From contig JBNKUM010000075.1 in the NCBI GenBank assembly GCA_050298595.1, forward strand, positions 29,597 to 93,596: a stretch of DNA of 64,000 bases, read 5' to 3'. Positions within the stretch are counted from its first letter, which is position 1. Each line of letters begins with the position of its first letter. The notes below the pieces were generated by a model that saw only the letters and a program-made list of their open reading frames with translations, had not been told where the DNA came from and did not search any database. Origin of the DNA: Gammaproteobacteria bacterium (lineage in GTDB: Bacteria; Pseudomonadota; Gammaproteobacteria; GCA-001735895). Made by a program: the position numbers and the translations under genes. Of the stretch, positions 1 through 8,869 are shown piece by piece.

Positions 1-576
1 TGCCGTGACCTGATCGAAGAGCATCTGGATATGTGTCTGGAAGCTGGACTGAATGTAGAAGGTATCAATGCTGAAGTTGCTGCAGGTCAATGGGAATTCC
101 AGATCTTTGCCAAGAGCGCGAAGCGTGCTGGTGATGAAATCTGGCTGGCGCGTTACCTGCTGGAGCGTACTGCTGAAAACTATGACCTGGCTGTTGACTG
201 GCATCCAAAGCCTCTGGGCGATACTGACTGGAATGGTTCTGGTATGCACGCAAACTTCTCTAACGGTCCTATGCGTGAATCAGGTGATGAAGCCATTTTC
301 ACCAGAATCTGTGATGAGTTCGGAAAGAATGTTGGTGCCTGTATCGCTGTTTACGGTGCACATAATGAGCAACGTCTGACTGGTAAGCATGAAACTCAGT
401 CTATTGATCAATTCAGCTATGGTGTATCTGACCGCGGTGCATCTATCCGTATTCCGGTTAGCACGGTAGAAGATGGCTGGAAAGGACGTCTGGAAGATCG
501 CCGTCCAGCATCTAACGCTGATCCTTACAAGGTGGCATCTATCATTGTAAAGGTTACTAAGGAAGCTCTGGCTTAA
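1..576 (+). CDS. glnII: Glutamine synthetase, type II (GSII-like); 5' end outside window
   Basis: Frame open from base 1; motifs EGINAEV..GQWEFQI, HPKPLGDTDWNGSGMHANFS, RLTGKHET, RGASIRIP, LEDRRPASNADPY. Confidence 0.85.
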   Translation, partial: CRDLIEEHLDMCLEAGLNVEGINAEVAAGQWEFQIFAKSAKRAGDEIWLARYLLERTAENYDLAVDWHPKPLGDTDWNGSGMHANFSNGPMRESGDEAIFTRICDEFGKNVGACIAVYGAHNEQRLTGKHETQSIDQFSYGVSDRGASIRIPVSTVEDGWKGRLEDRRPASNADPYKVASIIVKVTKEALA

Positions 577-592
577 TTAGTCTGGAAGTATC

Positions 593-628
593 AAAAAAAC
601 CGGAGTAATGCTTTGCTCCGGTTTTTTT
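593..628. terminator. Bidirectional rho-independent terminator
   Basis: A-tract, ccggag..ctccgg stem, T-tract between convergent genes. Confidence 0.85.
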
Positions 629-654
629 ATGCCCGCAGAAAGTTGAAAGCTGTT

Positions 655-1632
655 TTATCTGCGTCCAGGTATTAAATCGCTGGCCCAGTCTTCCTGCAGA
701 ATGCGGATGATTTGATCCATGTTTTCAGGTCGTTTCTCGGGGGCTTTTTCCAGGCACTGCAAACAAAGCGTTTCCAGCAGTTTGGGTACCGGGTATTTAC
801 TTACGCTGGAAAGCTTTGGAGGTTGCTGGTTCTCAACCGCATCGAGGAGTTCATAGGTCTTGTCACTATCAAACGGCGTTTGTCCGGTGAGTAGTTCATA
901 TAATACTGAGCCTAAGCTATAGATGTCGGTACTAAAGCTAATATCCGGGTCGCGTCGGATCTGTTCTGGTGACATATAACAGATGGTCCCCTGTAATTGA
1001 CCATGGCCAGTCATAGACTTGTCAGAGTTGGTGATTCCCTTGCCGGGTTGCTGATCCTGTAAATCGACGCTGCTGCCATCCTTATTCCATACCTTGGCCA
1101 GCCCCCAGTCTAAAAGTAAAACCTCACCATAGGGCCCGACCAGTATATTTTCGGGTTTAATATCTCGGTGTGCGACCCCATGAGCATGTGCATAACCCAG
1201 AGCCTGGGCGATCTGTTCGATAACCTCTATCAGCTGGGTCAGGTCGTAGCGCTCACGATAATCCATGATTTCGCGCAAGGTATAACCGTGTACCAGCTTC
1301 ATGGTGAAATAGTAATTACCTTTCCGGTCACGCCCAATCTCATAGGTGGGTACGGTATTAGGGTGCTGCAGCATGGCAGAAACACGTGCCTCGCGTAGCA
1401 GACGGCGCTGTTCGATAGGGTCGTCCACAAATTCCGAGCGCAGGGTTTTATAGGCAACCACGCGTGCCAGATGCAGATCCTTACAGGATTTGATCAGTGA
1501 TTTCCCACCTTTTGCAATGTCACTCAAAAACAGATAGCGCGTGTTCGGGTTGAGGACCTCGGGCAGGGGGCGATCCGTTTCTTCGAGAAATACATCGCTG
1601 TATTCTTTGGGAGGCTGTTTAAACTTCAGCAT
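655..1632 (-). CDS. Hanks-type Ser/Thr protein kinase (soluble)
   Basis: VAYK, HRDIKPEN, DWG, YMSPEQ, DIYSLG motifs. Confidence 0.9.
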   Translation of the reverse strand: MLKFKQPPKEYSDVFLEETDRPLPEVLNPNTRYLFLSDIAKGGKSLIKSCKDLHLARVVAYKTLRSEFVDDPIEQRRLLREARVSAMLQHPNTVPTYEIGRDRKGNYYFTMKLVHGYTLREIMDYRERYDLTQLIEVIEQIAQALGYAHAHGVAHRDIKPENILVGPYGEVLLLDWGLAKVWNKDGSSVDLQDQQPGKGITNSDKSMTGHGQLQGTICYMSPEQIRRDPDISFSTDIYSLGSVLYELLTGQTPFDSDKTYELLDAVENQQPPKLSSVSKYPVPKLLETLCLQCLEKAPEKRPENMDQIIRILQEDWASDLIPGRR

Positions 1633-1734
1633 GAGTTAGCTATTAGTTAGTTGTGTGTCATTGAGTTTAGCATTACTGTTTCATAGTACGAGCTTTTTTG
1701 CTTCGATTGAGCATTAGCAAGGGGGTGGATATTA

Positions 1735-1753
1735 TAGGGACAGAGTCATTGAT
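1735..1753 (+). repeat. RAYT-flanking REP-like motif (left); related inverted motif at about 2544-2560
   Basis: gggacagagtcattgat left of the RAYT; gtctcaccccttgat right of it. Confidence 0.45.
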
Positions 1754-1812
1754 CAGTGAAAAGTGATATGCTAGCCTTTTACTTTTCTCATCAATAAAAG
1801 TATTCAAAAACA

Positions 1813-2535
1813 ATGCCCGGACTTCCTCGTTTTGTCATTCCTGGTCAACCCCAGCATATTATCCAGCGTGGAAATAACTGACAGGAGATATTTCGAGAAG
1901 AGGGTGATTACCTGTTCTATCTGGAAAAGCTTACAGATGCAGCTAACAAGCACCAGTGTAAAATTCATGCCTATGTATTGATGGGCAATCATGTGCATTT
2001 ACTTGTTACACCGCATAGAGAAAATGGTATTGGTAAAATCATGCAAATGCTGGGACGCTATTATGTCCAGTACTTTAATTATAGCTATCAACGAAATGGA
2101 ACCCTGTGGGAAGGACGCTACAAAGCAACGCTGATTGATAGTAAGGAATACCTGCTAACCTGCATGCGCTATATAGAACTCAATCCGGTTAGAGCGCAAA
2201 ACTGGGTAAATCATCTCTCGAAATACCCCTGGTCGAGTTATTCATTCAATGCATTGGGTATGGAGAATCAACTGATAACATCTCATCAGGAATACAAGCG
2301 TCCAGGACGAACTGATGCTGAGCGACAATCTGCTTATCGACAACTATTTCGATCAAGAATACCGGAGATGACACTGGCAGAAATTCGCGAAGCGACTAAT
2401 AAAGCCTGGGTAATAGGAAGTGATAAATTCAAATCGAGAATAGCGCGTAAAATAGATAGGCCTGTACAATCAAGAGGGCATGGAGGGGATAGGAAGTCAA
2501 AGGCTGATAAGAAAGGGTCGAAAGCGAAAGTTTAA
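1813..2535 (+). pseudogene. REP-associated tyrosine (HUH/Y1) transposase, RAYT, with in-frame TGA at 1879-1881
   Basis: ATG 1813 gives MPGLPRFVIPGQPQHIIQRGNN*QEIF..HAYVLMGNHVHLL..YIELNPVRA..YPWSS; the stop replaces the conserved Arg of RGNNR. Confidence 0.88.
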
Positions 2536-2553
2536 TAGCTTAAGTCTCACCCC

Positions 2554-2634
2554 TTGATTTTGTGAGAAAAACAAAAATCACAGTATTCATTTTTCGTGCG
2601 CTGATAATTTATGGATGAATTATTCAGGGCTTTC
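2554..2634 (+). mobile_element. Degenerate right half of the MITE seen at 58024-58173
   Basis: ttgattttgtgagaaaa..ttttcgtgcgctgataatttatggatgaattattcagggctttc aligns with 58095-58173. Confidence 0.75.
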
Positions 2635-2653
2635 TTAAAAAAAATTAAAGTGA

Positions 2654-4135
2654 TTAAGAGATTGCACTTATAGAGTGAAAACAAACTTTATTTCTACCAG
2701 ACTCTTTAGCTTCATACAGTGCTTCATCAGCTCTTTTTATACAGTCTTTTACCTCATCGCTATCTGCACTTATTGACACTCCAAAACTAGCGGTTTTTTG
2801 TCCAACATCAGAAAATGGATATTTTTCAATTTTTCTTCTTATTGATTCAGCAAGTTTCATTATCCCCACCTCATTGGCTTCGGGAATTATTATTAGAAAC
2901 TCTTCTCCTCCCCATCGCCCAACTACATCAATAAATCTACAGCTATTTTGCAATAAATTCGCGAAATCACATAGAACGCTATCGCCTACTTGATGACCAT
3001 AAGTATCATTAACCTGTTTGAAATAATCTATATCTATTAGAATTAAGCCCATTTCACGAGAATATCTTTTTCCTCTTTCTAATTCATAATTTAAAACATC
3101 TTCTAGTTTAGTACGATTATAAATTCCTGTTAGCTTATCGGTGATAGCGAGTTTTTCCATCTTTAAAGCAAGATTTTGGTTTTGTACAAATTTATATGCA
3201 GTAAATAATATTAAAATAATAAATAAAATATTTGCGATTATGAAATAGGTCAGCTCTATCATCCATTTATCTATAGCTGTTGCTATAGGTAAGCCTACAA
3301 CGATAACAAAAGGGAGATTTTCAATTTTACGAAATGTCCATACTCGGTCAACACCATCTATAGGGGAAACTACACGGACAGACATCTCTGAGATATTTTC
3401 TGTGTTTGTAAAGTTCTCTAAAATCTTATTATCTAACTTTTTCCCTATGGACTTTTTAATAAAAGGTACACGGGCTAAAAGCATTCTATTAAGATCAAAG
3501 ATACTAATAGCAATATCTTTGTTTGCATCATTGCTAACAAGCTTGTCTAACCAGTGTTGAAAAAAATATAAATCTAAGCCTATTAGACCAAACCCAGCCA
3601 TAGTATTGTTATTTTGCATAACTGGATATGTTACTGTCACATTCATTTGTTTTGTTGAAGAGACAGACATATTGCTTGTCTTTAATTTTTCATAAGGTTG
3701 CTTAAAAGCTTCCCCACAATATGGATAATTTTTTAGATTTTTTCCAAGATTAACACCTATTGAGGTATGGGTGATGACACAGTTTTTATCAAATAAGCCA
3801 AGGAATAGTATCTTATCACTTAATTTTGAGAGGTCTTTTACTAATGCTGTTTTACTATCATGTACCTTTTGATTAGTTATAGGATATACCAACTCATGAG
3901 GTTTTGTATTTGAAGTAAGCTGTTGCAGTATCAGTTTTGGTATTTTAAATGATTCCAAGATCCATTGAGAGACAAGATAACTGTTTGTTTTAGTTTCGTT
4001 GGTTACTTTCTCGAAGGTATTGTCGTATGATGTTTTTAATACATAAATACTAATTAAGTTAATTATAATTATTAGTGTAAACGTCAAAACCAATATTTGA
4101 GCTTTTGATAAATTAGGTTTATCGCTCACAAACAA
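2654..4135 (-). CDS. Membrane diguanylate cyclase with periplasmic Cache-type sensor
   Basis: Two TM segments, DKLTGIYNR, DIDYFKQVNDTYGHQVGD, RWGGEEF; visibly AT-rich. Confidence 0.9.
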   Translation of the reverse strand: MFVSDKPNLSKAQILVLTFTLIIIINLISIYVLKTSYDNTFEKVTNETKTNSYLVSQWILESFKIPKLILQQLTSNTKPHELVYPITNQKVHDSKTALVKDLSKLSDKILFLGLFDKNCVITHTSIGVNLGKNLKNYPYCGEAFKQPYEKLKTSNMSVSSTKQMNVTVTYPVMQNNNTMAGFGLIGLDLYFFQHWLDKLVSNDANKDIAISIFDLNRMLLARVPFIKKSIGKKLDNKILENFTNTENISEMSVRVVSPIDGVDRVWTFRKIENLPFVIVVGLPIATAIDKWMIELTYFIIANILFIILILFTAYKFVQNQNLALKMEKLAITDKLTGIYNRTKLEDVLNYELERGKRYSREMGLILIDIDYFKQVNDTYGHQVGDSVLCDFANLLQNSCRFIDVVGRWGGEEFLIIIPEANEVGIMKLAESIRRKIEKYPFSDVGQKTASFGVSISADSDEVKDCIKRADEALYEAKESGRNKVCFHSISAIS

Positions 4136-4254
4136 CCTTTTGCAGAAAAAATATTAGAATTGTGTAGTTAAGAGTATAAGGAGAATAAATGCAACCCTCT
4201 TGGGTATCAAGGCAGGAAACTGGAGTCAGGATACGTCTGAAATAACCGGCTACC

Positions 4255-4338
4255 CGGGAGCATAGAAGACAGCCACCATCTGAATCACCAATGAAACGGG
4301 AGCATAGAGGACAGCCACCATCTGAATCACCAATGAAA
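4255..4338. repeat. 42-bp tandem duplication (2 copies, 1 mismatch)
   Basis: cgggagcatagaRgacagccaccatctgaatcaccaatgaaa at 4255-4296 and 4297-4338. Confidence 0.95.
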
Positions 4339-4408
4339 TGACAGCTTTCACTCAAAACCGGAAATTTTAGAATACTGGAATTCAATGGAGCAGACTCGTT
4401 GATTGCTG

Positions 4409-4587
4409 CGCGTGAAAGATGCATATCCTTCACAGGATTTGATCAGCTATTTTCCAGCTTTCGCGATGTCATCGAGGCACATGTAGCGAGTATTAGTGCT
4501 AACAGGCCATGGGAGGTTGTTTAAACTTCAGCATGAGTCAGCTTTTAGTTAGTTGTGCCTGTTCTTGAGTTTAGTGTTACTGTTCAT
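4409..4587 (-). pseudogene. Degenerate duplicate of the 5' end and upstream region of the Ser/Thr kinase (1461-1684)
   Basis: Shares acaggatttgatcag, tgggaggYtgtttaaacttcagcatgagt and ttgagtttag..ttactgtt with 1461-1684; has an internal deletion. Confidence 0.85.
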
Positions 4588-4730
4588 GTAAATGACCAGT
4601 TTTTGGAGGATTGCTGGTCCAGGTTTAATCAATGAGTTTGAGTTTATGTGGCTTAAAGTCTGTACAAACAAGTGACATTGCTTATAATCCTCGCCCCGGT
4701 ATCACTGTAGATACCGGATTATTTATTTAA

Positions 4731-4762
4731 TTGGGTTCCCTCGCCCCCATTAACAAAAAGGT
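4731..4762 (+). ncRNA. preQ1 class I riboswitch (enterobacterial yhhQ type)
   Basis: ttgggttccctcgcccccattaacaaaaaggt immediately before the yhhQ ATG, overlapping the RBS. Confidence 0.85.
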
Positions 4763-4767
4763 AAATC

Positions 4768-5439
4768 ATGAGTATTCAAATATCCGCGCAAACGCGCAAA
4801 GCTCTGACCTTTCTGGTCGCCTGTCATCTTTTGATCATTGCCGCTAGTAATTATCTGGTGCAATTGCCGTTTACCCTGTTGGGCTTTAATACGACCTGGG
4901 GCGCATTTAGCTTCCCGTTTATTTTTCTAGCCACCGATTTGACGGTACGTATCTTTGGCGCGAATAATGCGCGACGTATTGTCCTGCGAGCAATGATTCC
5001 GGCTTTGTTGCTGTCCTATGTACTATCTGTATTGTTTTACGAAGGGGCTTTTCAAGGCTTTGCACAGCTGGCCGAGTTTAACCTGTTTGTGGCTCGTATA
5101 GCGCTGGCGAGTTTTCTGGCCTATGTGTTTGGACAGTTTCTTGATGTGCTGGTATTTAACCGTTTGCGCCGTAGTCGAAGCTGGTGGGTAGCACCTGCTA
5201 CATCTACTGTGCTAGGCAGTGCGCTGGATACCCTGTTGTTTTTCAGTATTGCATTTTACCAGAGCCCTGATGTCTTCATGGCAGAGCACTGGGTGGAGAT
5301 TGCGCTGGTTGATTTCTCTTTTAAGATGGTTGTCAGTCTATTGTTATTTCTGCCTGCCTATGGTGTGTTGTTGAGCTATCTGGCAGACAGGCTTACTGAT
5401 CAGGCAGAGGCGGTTCAGCCATTGCGAGCAAGAGCTTAA
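4768..5439 (+). CDS. yhhQ: Queuosine precursor (preQ0/preQ1) transporter
   Basis: IAASNYLVQLPF..TTWGAFSFPFIFLATDLTVRIFG; riboswitch upstream. Confidence 0.92.
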   Translation: MSIQISAQTRKALTFLVACHLLIIAASNYLVQLPFTLLGFNTTWGAFSFPFIFLATDLTVRIFGANNARRIVLRAMIPALLLSYVLSVLFYEGAFQGFAQLAEFNLFVARIALASFLAYVFGQFLDVLVFNRLRRSRSWWVAPATSTVLGSALDTLLFFSIAFYQSPDVFMAEHWVEIALVDFSFKMVVSLLLFLPAYGVLLSYLADRLTDQAEAVQPLRARA

Positions 5440-5518
5440 GCTGTGGTTAGCGATTTCATTTTAAGCGTGTATCAGGCTTAATAAGCACAATCTTCGTCAG
5501 TATTAAAAAGTAATCGCT

Positions 5519-6073
5519 ATGCATAAAATCTATATCACTGCTCAGGAGCTACTGGAAAGCTCCTTCAGGCTCGCACACACTATCTATGAAGATGATTTCC
5601 GTCCACAGTTTATTGTCGGTATCTGGCGTGGTGGTTCTCCAATTGGTATCGCTGTGCAGGAGTACTTTGAGTATAAAGGGGTTCACACGGATCATATCTC
5701 TGTGCGCACCTCGTCTTACTATGGTATTAATAAGCAGTCTAAGGAGATACGCGTGCATGGCCTGCATTACCTGCTGGAAAATGCTAATTCCGAAGATAGC
5801 CTGTTGATTGTGGATGATGTGTTTGATTCCGGGCGTAGCGTGGATGCCTTGATTAAGCAGATTAAAAAGCAGTCGCGTCTAAATACTCCTTCCGATATCC
5901 GTGTTGCCTGTACCTGGTATAAGCCATCCAAACGCGCTGTGGATATCGAGCCAGATTATTATATCCATAGCAGTGACGAGTGGCTGGTATTTCCGCATGA
6001 GCTATGCGGTCTGACGCGCGAGGAAGTGGCTGAGGGTAAGTCGGATTTAAAACAGATCATTGACCTGTTTTAA
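5519..6073 (+). CDS. Type I (purine) phosphoribosyltransferase
   Basis: VGIWRGG, PRPP motif LLIVDDVFDSGRS, WLVFPHE. Confidence 0.85.
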   Translation: MHKIYITAQELLESSFRLAHTIYEDDFRPQFIVGIWRGGSPIGIAVQEYFEYKGVHTDHISVRTSSYYGINKQSKEIRVHGLHYLLENANSEDSLLIVDDVFDSGRSVDALIKQIKKQSRLNTPSDIRVACTWYKPSKRAVDIEPDYYIHSSDEWLVFPHELCGLTREEVAEGKSDLKQIIDLF

Positions 6074-6089
6074 ATCCGGGTTGTCAGGG

Positions 6090-7979
6090 CTATATTAAAT
6101 CATCCAGATTGGGGATGTTGCTGTAGATGCGACGGATCTGCAGCTCTGAATCCAGCAAGGCGTCCGCACACTGTGGATCAAAGTGACTGCCTTTACCGGC
6201 ACGCACTTCCTTGAAAGCGGTATCCAGCTCGTAAGCGGGCTTGTATACACGTTCCGAAACCATAGTATCAAAGGCATCTGCCAGTGCGCAGATGCGACCT
6301 TCAAGTGGTATATCGTTACCAGCTAAACCTTGCGGATAGCCATATCCATTCCATTTTTCATGGTGGCTAAGGATGATACGCCTGGCCATAGCCAGCATTT
6401 CGGTTTCCGGATTTTTAAGAATATCGGCACCGATTTGAGGATGGGTTTTGATAATTTCCCATTCCTGAATATCCAGTTTTTCAGGTTTTAGCAGAATTTG
6501 GTCCGGAATACCCAGATTGCCAATATCATGCATGGGTGACGCATGCATGATGGTTTCACAAAACTGCTTATCCTTGCCCAGGGACAGGGCTATCAAGCCT
6601 GCCAGTTGTGACATATGGGTTAAATGATTGCCGGGGGTTGGGTTTTTATATTCGGCTGCCTGAGAAAGCCTGAAAATAGTCGCAAGGCTATTTCTCTGTA
6701 ATGATTTATTCAGGTCTTTATTTACTTTTTGCTGCTTGTTGAGCATATCCGTCATCGAAGAAAAAGCGTCTGCGCTTTGCTGTATCTCGGCATAACGTGT
6801 CTTAATAGGCAGGTTATTCCAGTTTCCCTGCATGATAGCGTTCGATCGTTGCCCCAGCTTGGCAATCGGTTTGCTCATGCTGCGCGCAAGCGCTATACCC
6901 AGCAGGCTGGCGATAATTCCGATGATGAGGGCCAGGATGATATTGTTACGCTGATTTTGGTGGAACACACCCAGGTAATCGTCTTCAGGGACATAGATGC
7001 CGAAAATCCATGGCCATTGATGTTGTTGAAACGGGGTGAAAACAGCCTGGTAATTGGTATCGTCGTAGTTGAAACGCGTGATCTGCTTTTTATCCAGGTG
7101 ATAGGTGTCAGCCAATGGTAGCTTTAATGAACGGAAGGCTGCGCGTGCAATAGGGTCATCTATTTCGGTGATGCGAGTAAAGGTCAGCTGATCAAAACTC
7201 CGCCGACTGATCTTTTCTGAATCTGGGTGAGCCAGTACCTGCCCCTGAGTATCGATAATAAATGCTGAGCCAGATTGACCTATCTTTAAGCCGGAAAGGA
7301 AGGATGATATCTGGTTGATGGTGATATCAACACCAATAACCCCATCAATCGCTTTGTTACCCGATGAAACGTAAACAGGACTGGATATGGTGATGCCGGG
7401 TTGCTGAGAAGTATAAAAGATATAGGGCTCGGTCCAGACTAGCTGATTGAGCCTGGTGGCTTTGATATACCAGGGACGTACCCGTGGGTCATAGCTATCT
7501 CTACTGTCCTGTTCTTGCAGCACAGATTTAAATTCATCATCACGCCAGTTGATATCCACTCTCCGTTGGCCATCCTCTATGGATATGATCTTGCTGCGAT
7601 AGCTGGCTTGTGAATGAGATTGATCACGCATAACGTAAACAAATCCACCATCAGTAGATCCATAATATATGCCTGAAAACTGGGGATGTAGGTTCAACAG
7701 CTCAAAGAAATAGCGTTCCATCGATTGTATATTCAGCTTGCTGACTACATTGTTATTGGCCAGTTTTTGTGTCAGTTTGGCAGCCAGTTGAGCTGGTTCC
7801 AGAAAGCCTACTGATCGATCTATTGCTTCGTTGGAGATGGTCTCCATGACTTCATGTGCATGTCCAATCAAGACCTTTTCAGTTGATTGATAGGTGGAAA
7901 ACATAATGCTGGAAACAGTGATAAGCATCAGGCCAACAATGCTTAGAAACAGGGTTTTTTTTATGGACATCGATGTCAC
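6090..7979 (-). CDS. Cache/HAMP HD-GYP cyclic-di-GMP phosphodiesterase
   Basis: YDPRVRPWY Cache motif, HDIG, HHEKWNGYGYP. Confidence 0.88.
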   Translation of the reverse strand: MTSMSIKKTLFLSIVGLMLITVSSIMFSTYQSTEKVLIGHAHEVMETISNEAIDRSVGFLEPAQLAAKLTQKLANNNVVSKLNIQSMERYFFELLNLHPQFSGIYYGSTDGGFVYVMRDQSHSQASYRSKIISIEDGQRRVDINWRDDEFKSVLQEQDSRDSYDPRVRPWYIKATRLNQLVWTEPYIFYTSQQPGITISSPVYVSSGNKAIDGVIGVDITINQISSFLSGLKIGQSGSAFIIDTQGQVLAHPDSEKISRRSFDQLTFTRITEIDDPIARAAFRSLKLPLADTYHLDKKQITRFNYDDTNYQAVFTPFQQHQWPWIFGIYVPEDDYLGVFHQNQRNNIILALIIGIIASLLGIALARSMSKPIAKLGQRSNAIMQGNWNNLPIKTRYAEIQQSADAFSSMTDMLNKQQKVNKDLNKSLQRNSLATIFRLSQAAEYKNPTPGNHLTHMSQLAGLIALSLGKDKQFCETIMHASPMHDIGNLGIPDQILLKPEKLDIQEWEIIKTHPQIGADILKNPETEMLAMARRIILSHHEKWNGYGYPQGLAGNDIPLEGRICALADAFDTMVSERVYKPAYELDTAFKEVRAGKGSHFDPQCADALLDSELQIRRIYSNIPNLDDLI

Positions 7980-8129
7980 TTATAATTTGAAATTGGGCAA
8001 AGGATAGATCAAACCAGTGACTTTGTAACTAGTGATTGAAACAGCAGGTATTAATGATGTGGTTTAGGTGCTTGTAAGGGTATATCACTATATTCTAATT
8101 CTGGTTATAATCGCGCGCAGTTTTTATCT

Positions 8130-8708
8130 ATGAAAATCGGGAGAGTTAGGGTGACAGCAACGAAGAATAATGAGTTTTCAATTTCGTTGATATTGGTCGT
8201 AGCGCTATTACTGGCGGTCGGCCTGATATATCTATTTGTATTTGTAATGGCTGAAGATGGCTTTGGCAAGAATATGGAACGTGTTAATGCACAGGACGAT
8301 GCAGGGATTGCTATGCGTCTGAAGCCGGTAGTGACGCTGGCCGATTTGCTGGGAGATACACCAAAAGCGGCGGATGAAAGTCAGCCTGTAGCAGCTAAGT
8401 CAGCAAAAGAGCTTTATGATGGTGCCTGCGTAGCCTGTCATAGTACAGGTGTCGCCGGTGCTCCAAAACTGGGAGATGCTGCAGCCTGGCAGCCTCGTTT
8501 TGAGGTGGGTGTGGAAGGATTGCTCAGCTCTGCGATTGCAGGTAAGGGGGCAATGCCACCAAATGGCGGTACTACTTATAGTCGGGATGAAATCCGCAGC
8601 GTGATTGAATTTATGCTGTCCGAAGCAGGGTTACTGGAAGCTTCGGCAGCACAGTCTGGCGGTACGGCTCCAGCTGCTGCGACTGAACAAGTGCCAGAAC
8701 AGCAATAG
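8130..8708 (+). CDS. Cytochrome c5 family protein (start may be GTG 8151)
   Basis: TM anchor, CVACH, GAPKLGD..W, GKGAMPPNGG. Confidence 0.88.
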   Translation: MKIGRVRVTATKNNEFSISLILVVALLLAVGLIYLFVFVMAEDGFGKNMERVNAQDDAGIAMRLKPVVTLADLLGDTPKAADESQPVAAKSAKELYDGACVACHSTGVAGAPKLGDAAAWQPRFEVGVEGLLSSAIAGKGAMPPNGGTTYSRDEIRSVIEFMLSEAGLLEASAAQSGGTAPAAATEQVPEQQ

Positions 8709-8820
8709 GTACAGCAACCTGTAGCACCCAGTGCTACTCCAATCCTCGCTATTGGTGAGAAAGCCTATCGAGCAGACTATTTTGCAGATAGCGAGGTCGC
8801 TAATTTTACATTTTTCATTC

Positions 8821-8860
8821 AAAGCCCCGCTGTATTACTGAGCTATGGCGGGGTTTTTTA
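8821..8860. terminator. Terminator between convergent cytochrome c5 and comM
   Basis: aaagccccgc..gcggggtttttta. Confidence 0.7.
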
Positions 8861-8869
8861 TGCCTGAGA

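Noticed and set aside
4255-4338. 42-bp repeat as a CRISPR array
   Set aside because: Only two adjacent copies, no spacer and no cas genes.
4119-4433. 104-aa ORF upstream of the DGC
   Set aside because: Made of the kinase duplicate fragment plus the 42-bp tandem repeat; unlikely to be a real gene.
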